The notes under the pieces are model-generated. The model was not told the origin of the DNA. It ran no database searches and worked only from the letters and a program-made list of their open reading frames with translations. A DNA stretch of 62,638 nt, filler included, from Sluysia triapertura (taxonomy: Eukaryota): NCBI GenBank assembly GCA_046118255.1. It is 4 parts of 4 records of this genome, joined end to end, with 100 filler letters (N's around TTAATTAATTAA, not from the genome) between each part and the next. Parts side by side here need not be neighbours in the genome. Positions count along the whole stretch, not along the records: positions 12,217 to 30,280 come from JBJNIA010182391.1; positions 30,381 to 46,313 come from JBJNIA010214587.1; 2 more parts are not named here. One strand, written 5' to 3'. Shown piece by piece: positions 26,752-38,349 of this stretch; the stretch's first letter is position 1, and each line of letters begins with the position of its first letter. The position numbers and the translations under genes are program-made.

Positions 26752-27108
26752 TTAATTTAATATTTTTAATTGAAAAAATATTAATACAATAATGATATAT
26801 AATTATATAATTGGTTGTTGATAGAGTAAACAAAGGTTGTCCATTATTGCTTCCAATTTCTAGAGTTTGGAATTTTGTTAGATTATTCTGATCCTTAAAC
26901 TTGACTGGGTACACAATGTAAGAATATTGTATCTTGAATAAACATGAATTTGTAGTGACGGTTCGATAATACCCACCTCGATCTCTACACATGACAGGGC
27001 CCGATTATTATAGTTCGATTTGATTTTATTCGTAAAACGTTTTTATTTATGTTAATAACATTTTTATCTAATTTAAAAAACTTGTACTCTTTATAAGGTT
27101 TTACATCA

Positions 27109-27561
27109 TTATTTTTTTAAAACTTGCTTAAGGCACATCAAAATATTTGCGTTAACCCGGTGAGGGCGAATAAAATAAGAACACGTTGACATTATTTTAT
27201 TAAAATATAATTGCAGTACATCCCCAGTCGTTTCTAAAACACAAAACGGTATACTACTAAAAGGAAAAATCTTACATAGACAATATTTCCTCGCGGATAA
27301 GTTCACACCACGGTAATACTCCCTGTTTCTTTCGCTACAATCTGAATCACTGCTTCCGCCTTCGTTACACTTTAAATCACTGGGATCGAAGGTCTCTTTT
27401 TTACTTGCTTTATCAAATTTGAGTAGTGGTACAGCTCCACTAATACAACTCGTAACAATGCGCCCACTAGTGCAACTAATAACAAAACATTTACTAATAT
27501 AACTAATCTCAAGACCTCTATTAATGTAACTCATCTCAAAAGATCTGCTAATATAGCTCAT
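27109..27561 (-). CDS. Continuation (frameshifted) of the orphan protein, with 9-aa repeats
   Basis: Frame opens near 27645, overlapping the 529-aa ORF end. IPFCVLETTGDVLQLYFN matches KPELVLETVFQVINSSLN of 16278-15730. Confidence 0.55.
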   Translation of the reverse strand: MSYISRSFEMSYINRGLEISYISKCFVISCTSGRIVTSCISGAVPLLKFDKASKKETFDPSDLKCNEGGSSDSDCSERNREYYRGVNLSARKYCLCKIFPFSSIPFCVLETTGDVLQLYFNKIMSTCSYFIRPHRVNANILMCLKQVLKK

Positions 27562-27589
27562 CTCGAAACATCTATTAATATAACAAATT

Positions 27590-29179
27590 TCAAAAGATCT
27601 GATAACGTAATTGTAGAGAAGTTTTGGGTTTGTGGTTTCGTAAAATTAAGATGCTTAAGAGTTGTGGCACGCTTTGAGTGTTGTATATGTTTACTGAAGA
27701 TCGAAGTATTGAAGGATCGTTTAGAAAATTTTTAATCCTAATTTCAATGGCTATTACGTCATTAATAATTTCAACCTCGGTCTCGTCATCAAGTGATTTA
27801 ACTATCTGCATTCGGTGCTTGGTTCGATGAGAAGTTTTATTTAAACTATATTCGCTACCTAACTTGGTGCTTTTTTTATTTATGTTATTATAAGACTGGA
27901 GTGAATTTATTATTGCAACATTTATTTTACAATTTAAAGGTATACTATAATAATAAGACTGTTTATTAGACACATTTATTAAAACTTTGCTACTATTTAT
28001 AAAAAAAGAAATATTGACGGGACTCCGGTTCAACTGCATCTGCTTCACCACGGACCCGAGCATGTTGCGTGTAGATCTATGAATAAAATAATAAAAGATA
28101 CAATATATAACATAATTAGAATAAGTAATAATGTAGACTAATATAAATCTATTACTTGGTATGTAATCAATTGTTGCAAGATTTTCAACCAGCTTGGCGT
28201 TTCCAATATCGAATGACGTTACCAGATTGACTTTGATATCGTTGGTGCGCAGCATGATATTCATTGGGTAATGTACTTGTTGGTTTATGCTGATTACACG
28301 GTTTGGCTTGATCACATTGCTTTTAGTTCGCTTTGGATTATTTACATACTTTACATAGACCACATCGTCATACACTACCTTGAATACATTACTTTTAGTT
28401 CGTTTTGCATTATCTACATACTTTACGCTAATTACATCGTCGCGAACTGCTTTGAATACATTACCTTTAATTCGCTTTACCTTATTTACATGAGCCCGCC
28501 AGTCTGAATTCATTGTGTCGAACATAACAACCTTTATTAGATTTAAGACATGTCTATCTATCATAGCACGAGAAAACCAACCAGTAAAATCTTCTATAGT
28601 CGATGCTACTAAAGGAATTGTTATCATGTTACCGCTGCGAGTCAAATTATCGAAAGCATTTCCTTTTGAAAAATCGTCGTTGTGTACCGTATCCCAATCA
28701 ATGCGAAGCGATACAATTGAATTGTAAAATTGACCTGTGATTTCAAACTGAGTTTTAATTAAACCATCATCAATTTCTATAAGTTTGAAATCGCTATTTT
28801 CTAGATTAGCACTCAATTTGTTCATGACTCGATTGACGTCATTTAGAGTTATAAATTTTAATTTATCTCTATTTGAGCTGATAATATCAGTAATACAAGG
28901 GAATTCGTTTTGGTATTCGATTGTATTTGAAAGTAGATATTGATATTGCATTAAATTAGAACTACGAATCTTTATTCTGCGATCGTTTATTTTATCAACA
29001 TCCGACATTCTGGTAGAAAACACGACACCAGGTCTTTCATCAGCTGCATGAACATTTATTTTAGTTAAATAAAAAAAGGTTCTAGAATTAAACTGTAACA
29101 TAGAAGAATTGGATTGACCAATTTCCAACTGAATATAAGCTAAACATGGGCTTGTAAAATTACAACCTAGCTGAGACAT
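27590..29179 (-). CDS. 529-aa apparently intronless orphan protein with a 24-aa tandem repeat and a central hydrophobic segment
   Basis: A 1.6 kb open frame in very AT-rich DNA, with homologous broken copies at 15730-17404 and 11276-11948. No family recognised. Confidence 0.7.
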   Translation of the reverse strand: MSQLGCNFTSPCLAYIQLEIGQSNSSMLQFNSRTFFYLTKINVHAADERPGVVFSTRMSDVDKINDRRIKIRSSNLMQYQYLLSNTIEYQNEFPCITDIISSNRDKLKFITLNDVNRVMNKLSANLENSDFKLIEIDDGLIKTQFEITGQFYNSIVSLRIDWDTVHNDDFSKGNAFDNLTRSGNMITIPLVASTIEDFTGWFSRAMIDRHVLNLIKVVMFDTMNSDWRAHVNKVKRIKGNVFKAVRDDVISVKYVDNAKRTKSNVFKVVYDDVVYVKYVNNPKRTKSNVIKPNRVISINQQVHYPMNIMLRTNDIKVNLVTSFDIGNAKLVENLATIDYIPSNRFILVYIITYSNYVIYCIFYYFIHRSTRNMLGSVVKQMQLNRSPVNISFFINSSKVLINVSNKQSYYYSIPLNCKINVAIINSLQSYNNINKKSTKLGSEYSLNKTSHRTKHRMQIVKSLDDETEVEIINDVIAIEIRIKNFLNDPSILRSSVNIYNTQSVPQLLSILILRNHKPKTSLQLRYQIF

Positions 29180-29640
29180 TAACTTGTGATAGAATATGAA
29201 TTTTTTAAATTTTCTGAGTTATTCACTAATGGTTTCGTATTATTTTCGTTAATTGTTTTACATAAATTTATGGTATAATAATGGCTGCTGATTATTTTTA
29301 CAAATGGCTGCTTGATTTATTATTTTTAATTACTAATGGCTGGAGAATTTGGTTAACAAAGTAAGCCAATAGAAATCATTAATATTTTTAACTATTCATA
29401 GAGAGTAATCAATAAAAATCTAAGCTGTAATTTCAGATTTCCTCAATAAAGTTTCATGAACCAATCAAACATAGACCTCCCGCTTTGTATCATTGGAATT
29501 TTAAACGAAGCACACCCACACCCACTTAGCAAAACGCCCAATTATAATCGTTGATTTGAACAATTCAACACACACCACAAATCAACTCGAATTTAATTGT
29601 GACATTTGTGACTGTGTGCGAAATGATTATTTTGTAAGAA

Positions 29641-29696
29641 TCAATTATTACGTAAGAATGTGAATCGATGTTGAGAGATTCTTACGTAATAATTGA
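29641..29696. promoter_or_regulatory. Perfect 19-bp inverted repeat with an 18-nt loop in the copy 3 leader
   Basis: TCAATTATTACGTAAGAAT (29641) pairs with ATTCTTACGTAATAATTGA (29678). Confidence 0.8.
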
Positions 29697-30280
29697 GGTG
29701 TTATAACTGTGAATAATGACAAAATGAACATAATAATGTGATAACAAGTAATAGTAATAATGATTAATACTAATAGTGATAAATAAAAATAAAAGTGCAT
29801 ACTAAAAAGAATAATAATAATACTAATAGTAATAAAATAATTCGAAAGGAAATACATAAATCTTGATGTCTTTAAAAAAAACATGATCTTTTTCTAATCT
29901 TGAACTCTTATTCTAACATATAAAGTAATACGGGAAAGTAAAAGGAATAAAGTGGATAGGAGACTGTGAAGTGGTAATTGGAAATAGAATGTTAAAATTA
30001 GTTTATAAAAATTGGTTGAAACGGTTAATGGTTGGAGACAAGATTTATGCATTGAATTTAATAGTTGTGAATGTTTGTTGACTGGTTGAAGTTTTGAAAC
30101 GCTTTTTAAGAAGATTGGAGTTAATTTGATTTTTGGAGATTATTGCGAAATAATTTTGTATATGTTATGGTGTTATTGAAATGATTAAAGATGATGGGTA
30201 TGTTTGTGTAAGGTGGATTTTGAATGTTATTGTTGCTTGAAATTTTGGGTAGAATGGTATTGTTTCTGAAATGGTTAATA

Positions 30281-30380
30281 NNNNNNNNNNNNNNNNNNNN
30301 NNNNNNNNNNNNNNNNNNNNNNNNTTAATTAATTAANNNNNNNNNNNNNNNNNNNNNNNNNNNNNNNNNNNNNNNNNNNN
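30281..30380. other. Artificial contig spacer
   Basis: 44N-TTAATTAATTAA-44N. Confidence 0.95.
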
Positions 30381-30944
30381 TCATATCTTTTTATTGTAAT
30401 TACTTTTTCATTTATTCTATAGTTCATGGTTAATTTAAATTTGATGTGAAATTTATTCAAATTTAGTATGAAATTTATTTATTAATTTATTTTAATTTAC
30501 CAAAATTTATTATACTTACATAATTTATTATTCTTACATTAATTTATTATTCTTACACTATTATTATTACTCTTATTATTTATTATAATTACCCATATTA
30601 TTATTATTATATGTTTATAAAAATTATTCGAAAAACAACAATCCTGTCATTTCATTTTAATAAATGTGTAATTTACAAAAATTCGAATATTGAATTTGAA
30701 ACTGTTAAAAATATTCGACTCATACAGGAATAATAATTAAGAAAACCTATTTTAACTATATCACTTTTTAATATCTAAAAATTAAAAATAACGAAAACAA
30801 AAATTAAATATGTCATCCTAAAGCAGAAATCATACTTTTTAGTTAAATATTCTTATAATAATCTTTAAAAGTGTTAATTAGATACTTTTACACAAATTAT
30901 TTATGGATTAATTCTAAAATCAGAGTTTTGAGATATAAAGATAT

Positions 30945-30946
<2 letters not shown>

Positions 30947-31010
<64 letters not shown>
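30947..31010. repeat. (TTA)n microsatellite (others at about 31548-31593, 33392-33447, 38272-38346, 50548-50590)
   Basis: Read directly from the sequence. Confidence 0.95.
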
Positions 31011-31547
31011 TACGAAAAAGAAAATGTGCGTATATAGAAGACAACTTTGTTTTCGAATAGTTAATTTTAATGCATTTCAGACAACTTCGAAAATAAAATT
31101 TCTTTTTTATTTACCATTTTTATTATTGAATTATTTATTCCGTAACATTAAAATTTCAAACAATATCCTCTTATGTAATTCACATTTTTATCAATACACA
31201 ATTAAAATTTGATCATAATCATTAAAAAATCGTTTAATTTTATTATTAAATTTGATAAACTTTCAATATAATTTGATAAATTTGATATACTTTTCCATTA
31301 TTAAGAAATATTTCTTCAATTTTATCATCCTTAATTTATAATAAATTTTTAATTAAGTAATTTTTAATATTTCTTTTAACTTACAAATTATTTGTCTTTT
31401 TAATTATCAATTGGAATTATTAAAAATTAAACTTTAAAGTTTAAAATTATTAATGATTTACTAGAGAAATATCTTTAGTCTTTTTTATATATTTTGATTA
31501 AAAGAGTTGAATTTTTTGTAATAATCAAAAATATTATATTTAGATAA

Positions 31548-31594
<47 letters not shown>

Positions 31595-33391
31595 CGTTTA
31601 ATAAACATCAGCGATAAAGTTTTTTGTACTGTAAAAAATTAGAGATACATGGAGATCCAAAATTGTCAGAACAATGAGATGACTAAAACGGATTACAGTC
31701 CTAATCATTGAACTAAAAATTGTATTCGTGCTAAATCTCATTACTAATTTCATCAGTGTCCCAAATGTCATTATTATGATTTCGTCAATACTTAAAATAT
31801 TTATACTCTGCCTACATACACAGTCATATCTCGATTTAATACCAACTTTATATGTGGCCATTTTTATATATTTCCAAATATAAATACAAATTAACTATGA
31901 TGATTGCTATTATTTGAAGTAGTAGTTTTTAAATTTAGTAATTTTATAATATTAATATATTAAAGTTTGTATTTTTTAGTAAAATAATTCAATTATAGCA
32001 GACCAATATTTAAAGCAATTTAATTTGTTAATTAATTTATTTATTTCCATCTATCTTTTAATGCCATAAAATAAAAAAGATGAAAGATAACAATAAATCG
32101 AGATATGACGGTATTTAGAACACGTATTTATTATCAGTAGCGCAATTGAAATATAAGTTATGCAGAATGTTTTAAAGCAGATGTTTTTGAGAACAGACCA
32201 AACACTTCTAGTTGTATTTTGCATATTATGACTTTATAACAACTAAGAACAAACTAACAAATAAATGAATATGAATGTATATTTAAATAATAATATGACT
32301 ACGTGAATATTATATCAAAAAATTAAATATTAGAAAAACAAAATTGTCTACATTGTCACAATGATACAGAAAGAAAGAAAGAAATATGTTAATTGTAGAA
32401 TTAAATTGATTGTATAATAAAATAAATTATAGGAAAAGATTAACTACAGAAAAGACATTATCGAATGAAATAAAAAATAATTGTTATGATGAAATAAATA
32501 TAATGGAAAATAGTATGAGACACCATAAATATACTCGGTCATAATGAATATTTACTATTAAATACAGTATTTAAATTCGAAAAATCGCAATTCGTAAAAT
32601 CTAAATTAAAAACTTATCATTTGTAATATTATTTGATATTTTCAAGAAGCTTAAAAGATAACAAATCATTAAAATAATTAAATGTTTAAAATTATTAATT
32701 TGGCTAAATATAATTATATATTATACCTTTTGTTATACCTTAACAAATATATGTCTGACATGCTCAATTTAGTAGAAGGCAACGTTAGTCACTGATGTCC
32801 GCAGCAGACGAAGATTTGCTGTATCGCTAGGTTTATTACGATTATTATGTTAATATTCTAGTTTTTAACTCTTAAATATTCACGTCAATCTTTTCCATCA
32901 GATATAAGTGATTGAATTAAACCCGATACAAAATAAAAGGATAAAATATCTATTGAAATAAAACTTGAATAAAATTATACCACATTGTATTATATTTTTA
33001 TTACTATTATGTTATTATTATTCGTTTGTTTGTCTTTAGTTTGTATGTGGTTAATAAAATGTTAACTATAGAAATGTACCACGTACTTTATTTGAAGATA
33101 GCTAACTAAATATTGATTCATTTATTAAATTTATCAGTATAAATAATTTAATTTAATTTTCTTTCTACAAACCAATTAAGAAATAACTGAATTTTCTCTT
33201 AAATTGTTATTATCAATGTATTGATTTATTTAAAATTTGATAATCATAATCATTTTGACAGCATATTCAACTTTCAGCAACTTTACTATTTTCAATATAA
33301 TCATCATTGTATCAGTGCTAATACTAAACTTTATTACATATTATTGTTATCACTATCATTATCATTATTAGTATTATAAATCTCTATTTTA

Positions 33392-33430
<39 letters not shown>

Positions 33431-33673
33431 CATTATTATTATTATTAATTAAAACGACCATGATAAATGACTTAATAGTTAATGCATATAAAGATACTAA
33501 TGATTTCAAGCACATATATGTGGTTTAAAAATTTGTAATATCAATTTCATATGGATTTAAGTATTACAATATTATAATTGATTTTATATTTAATGTAATA
33601 AAATTTAATAAAAATTAATATATACAGATTTTGCAAATTTTAATTATAATTTATTCTATTGTAATACATACAA

Positions 33674-33847
33674 ATGTCGCAAATTATTAAATTATTATTT
33701 TTATTGCTAAATTTCAGTCTAATGAAAAGACTTTCTACTGAATATTCGAATGGTTCTTATAGCTTTGAAAATTCATACATAAATGTGTCAGAATTTGTGG
33801 TGATGAATACTAAGACTACGGCTAACAAAGAAATTATCTGGATTGAG
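33674..33847 (+). CDS. Putative first exon with signal peptide, possibly of the downstream glutamate receptor gene
   Basis: MSQIIKLLFLLLNFSLMKRLS...IIWIE ends at a GAG|GT donor. Confidence 0.4.
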
Positions 33848-35783
33848 GTTATTCTAAATTAATTTAAGTAATTATTAAATATGTTTGAATAATATTTTAA
33901 TAATATTTAATATGTTTGAATAATAATCATTTTTATTTGGTTTAAATAATCAAAGTTTATGTAATCGCTATTGATTCAGACATTCATATTTATTATCATT
34001 TCTTTAGATTGAATAAGTGTATCGATTAATAAAAATGTAAAATGAAGAATAGTATAAAATAATTATTTAATTAAAATATTTATTTTTTGTTATTACAAAT
34101 TTTTTTGAATTGTTTTTAATTATTTCTTAAATAAAGCTTGATAAATTTGTAATATTTTATTATATTGCGATAAAATTTTAGGTACTTTCAATTCTTCTTG
34201 TTAATAATTTTATTCTAATCAGATTAGTTATACCTTTTAACTATGAAATAATTTAGTTACTTGTCAGTAATATGTTTATTTTATGTTTTCGGTTAAATAT
34301 CAAAGTTCATTTGATAGAAGTGCAACTGCTACGTGATACCGCTTTATGGTGACGAAATAATGAAATTAGAACTAAACTAAACACAGAAAGCTAAGATTTA
34401 AACGAATTTCACTTATTTCACTCCTTTGTGAAATTGCAAGACTTCTTAAATGTTGCTCAGGACGTACTTATTTACAATGTTTCTGAATGAAAAATCGTTC
34501 GGTTCAAAATTTATGTAGTAACTACATTTAATGAGAATTCTTTTCTTTTAACATTGGCTTTAGTAATGCATATATTTTAATTTGATTAAAAATAATTAAA
34601 AAATTATCACGGTAGTAATAGTTGTACAGTTAAAAATGACATCAATGATTATTTAAATAACATTGATAATTATTATTTGTAATAATAACGCAGATAAACT
34701 CGTACTTAAGTATGTACATTTTTTGTTATTTTTATTATGCTGATTTATTACAAGATGGTTATAATTTCATATTCATTTCACCAACTGATTGTTTTTTCGT
34801 TATTAATATTGTAATTGGCAAACATTTTAATCAGTTCAGGATAATAAGTTTTAGAGTCTTCTACCACAATCAATTGCCATTAGTGGATATCCACAAATGA
34901 TAATTAGATATCTTGATTTAGATGATTTTTGATATACCCAACCAACTGTTATGTCGTACTTTGATGCATTAAGCAATACGATTTGTAAATATATTAACGT
35001 TTCCGAAATATTTTTACTCCAGCCAATGCAATTTATAATTTAATATCAAAGATAATGACTGATTTATATAACAAAGATGTTCAATTCTGCGGAATAGACA
35101 TTGTTAATATATCTGATTATTCATCTACTATTTGTATTTTATGTTATTCTATTGTTCAATAAAAAGTCTTTGTTATAAATTTAATTTTGTTGCTCGAATT
35201 AATTTCTTTCGTTATAGTTTTATGCCTTAATCCTAAATTAAACGTTTTTAAAGTAATTTTTAAGTTAGATTACAAAATAATAAATGTTTATAACGTTAAA
35301 AAAATTGTAATAAAAATTTTTCATGTAATTAAAATAATAAATTGTGTAAATCCATCCGCATTACTATTTAAAATAAATAATTAAGTAGAATTAAGCATGT
35401 AAATAAAGGAAAAATATTAAAATAGTAATTTAATTTGGTTATTTATGATAAATAATTGTTGTAAATTTATTCCTATATTTTCAACCGTGTTAGGCACAGG
35501 ACATGATGCCTTTTCTGCTTTTAATATTTTTAATGTATTTAATAGAATATAGTCTTAAACCTCTTAAACTATTATTTATGATAAATATTACTATAAATAA
35601 AATCATCAGTGTTAAAACGAACTGTATCAAAAAATATTTCATATTTCATAATTATATTAAAATAAGCTATTTATTAAAATTGTATAAAATTATATTGTAT
35701 TTTGGTATTAAGTAGCAGTATACTGCTATATCATTATATCCCATTACATATCACACTTTATAACTGCAACTAAATCATTGCAG

Positions 35784-36014
35784 GTTGGTACTTGGAAACT
35801 TCACAGTAAATATGGTGCCTTAAAGTCACGTCTGAAAGTAGATGGTGTCGAATGGCCCGGAGGATCCAGTAAACCTCCACTTGGAAGACCTCCCAGATTC
35901 AAATTAAGAGTTTCAACTTTAGAAGAAGAACCATTTGTTATTTTTAATAACAAACGTGATGAAACTTGTGGTAATAATGCAATATTGTGTCGAGTTCTTG
36001 AAAGATCGTTACAT
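35784..36014 (+). CDS. Exon of an NMDA-type ionotropic glutamate receptor (GluN2/Nmdar2-like; ATD-S1 linker)
   Basis: CAG|VGTW...VDGVEWPGGSSKPPLGRPPRFKLRVSTLEEEPFVIF...TCGNNAILCRV|GTAAGT. The WPG..PP.G.P..F.L....LEE.PF..C....LCRV pattern is typical of invertebrate NR2 subunits. Confidence 0.8.
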
Positions 36015-36618
36015 GTAAGTTATAAATTTCACTAAATTAGAACAATATTAGAACAAATATTCAGTTGCAATGTTAATTCCATTGTTTATAAATTTGCTTT
36101 TTCTTAATTTTAAGAAATACGAAAAAATTTAAATAAATTAATTTAATTTATTAATTTATTAATTCATAATTTATGAAACTGAATACTAAATTTAAATTAG
36201 ATTATTTATATATTCTTGACCATGTAATACAAGAAATATTTATATATCTTTTTAAGGGTATTTTATAAATTCAGTGTGTTAAAATTAATTCTTAAAATTA
36301 TTGTTAGATTAATGTCGTGAAAAAATTGTAAAAATAATTGTAAAATTTCACCCTATTAAGAACTGATAAAAACAAACTAAATTTTTATTGTACAATTCCA
36401 AACTAATAAGATGAGACGCCTAACAATAAACCTAGTAGAATCAGTATTATTACTGTAGTATTTGAAGCATTATTGTTAAAATTGATTTTTTTCGCAAAAT
36501 CGAGAAAATGAAATATGATTAATGATATATTACGTTTCTTGTAAGTTGATTTATTTATAAACTTAATATAAAGTAACATCACTTTTGCCAAAAGACACTA
36601 CGTTAAGCTTCATAAAAG

Positions 36619-36700
36619 AGACTGACCGTGAATTGAATCCAGGACCTTCTCTCTTCACAGCTGTTCAATTCGATGATCTGACTACTGGAGCTATCAGCCC
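36619..36700 (-). repeat. tRNA-derived repeat (pseudo-tRNA)
   Basis: Reverse complement GGGCTGA-TAGCTCCAGTAG...GGTCCTGGATTCAATTCACGG-TCAGTCT has A/B boxes and a 7-bp acceptor stem, with a scrambled anticodon arm. Confidence 0.7.
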
Positions 36701-38280
36701 GTCTAATAATTTTGTTTTATTATAGTCAATTATACCTTCATTATTCTATGGCACTTTAAGCCTGTACAAAAACAAAAAAAATAAATTATAAGCTGGATTT
36801 GTGTCGGTTGTCTCGTTAAATTTATAGTTCACAAATTTCTTGTTTTTTAACTCGCAAAGTACTCGGATTATTATCGCATCTTTATTTATTTTAACTTCAA
36901 ATTATTTTATATAATTGATTCTTTTATTTGAAATGTCATAAAATTAGATTTTAAGGATAAACGTTAAACTCGGTAGTTAATGGTACTCATTTCTATTACA
37001 ATTAATGATTATCGAGATGAAAGTGCAATTTTACGTATGAGTTTTAATCCAAAACCCTTTAACGAAGGGTTATATTAAAATATTTATTATTGTTACGTCT
37101 GTTTTATTACTTGTAACAATAATTTAATAGTAAAACAAACTTAACTTAAAATCTTACTGAATTTTAATAATTCTTAAAATCTAATATAAATTATCACAAA
37201 GAATTTTACTTACAATACAAATTAATTTATTACTTTAATGACTCCTTATTTCTATCAAATCTATCTTAATTCCTTTTATAATAATTCTAAAATAAATAAA
37301 ATCAAAATATACAACTTTAATTATATTCAATATAGCGTAATTACAATAATAAGGAAATAAAAGCAAATAATTTCAATTATTTTCTCTTGAATTATGAATT
37401 CTTACTATTACCAATCTAACACTCAAAACTACCGCTACCGAACACTAGTTCAAAATAAAATAAGATAAATAAATAAAATAACAATAATAAAAATGAAATG
37501 AAATGAAATGAAAACAACGGTTATTCCTTAATAATAATAAAATATAAATTTCTCGCCTCACAACAAAAAACAATTTCAATAAAATCCCCCCAAAATAATA
37601 TTAATTATTAAAATAATAAAATTATAAAATAAATTCAAAAATTATAAAAAAAATTATAAAATTATAAAAAATTATAATTCAAATACGATACTAATTATTG
37701 TTACAATTATGTAATAAAATTTTGAAGTATTTCTTTTTATACTTTCCAATCATCCAATTATTCCTAAATTTTTTGACCAAACAATCTCTCACACAAATTA
37801 CTGCAACGTTCTTTGAGAATTAATTCGACAATAATAACTTTGACAGTTGCATGGTAAGACTGTCAAACTTTATTAGATACAAAGGACAAAAAAATTAATT
37901 TATGATTTTGGTAATTTTAGTGATGGCGTTATTTTTGTCATAAAATTAATCGAAAATTTGTGATGACACATTAATGAAATTTTATTTTTTAAATTTTTAA
38001 AAGAGATTTTACAATGTTTAACTTTAACAATAATTTACTTTTAAATATTTACTTTAAACATTGTTGTGAAAAACTTAAACAAATAAATGAATCTTATTAA
38101 CGTATAGAACATTATGAACTAAATAAATAATATAATATAAGATACATACGCTTATATTAATTCTTTGAAATAAATGCTCATAATTTGATGATGGTGTTAT
38201 TTTCTAGTCTGTAGTTTTATAATAATATTTTTCCTATATTTCTATATGCAATATTTGTGAGGCTTCTAACATTATTATTA

Positions 38281-38349
<69 letters not shown>

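Larger units (their letters stand above)
26800..30280 (-). mobile_element. Orphan-ORF element family, copy 3 (leader truncated by the contig end)
   Basis: Leader is homologous to 17405-18330 and the ORF chain is homologous to 15730-17404. The element abuts the 3' end of PPIL2 tail-to-tail. Confidence 0.7.

Noticed and set aside
28271-28727. Plus-strand ORFs 28271-28507 and 28515-28727
   Set aside because: Antisense shadows of the 529-aa ORF.
30871-31212. 113-aa ORF with poly-Leu
   Set aside because: The Leu run is a (TTA)n microsatellite and the rest is low-complexity.
36619-36700. Functional tRNA gene
   Set aside because: D and anticodon arms are disrupted and the sequence belongs to a dispersed repeat.
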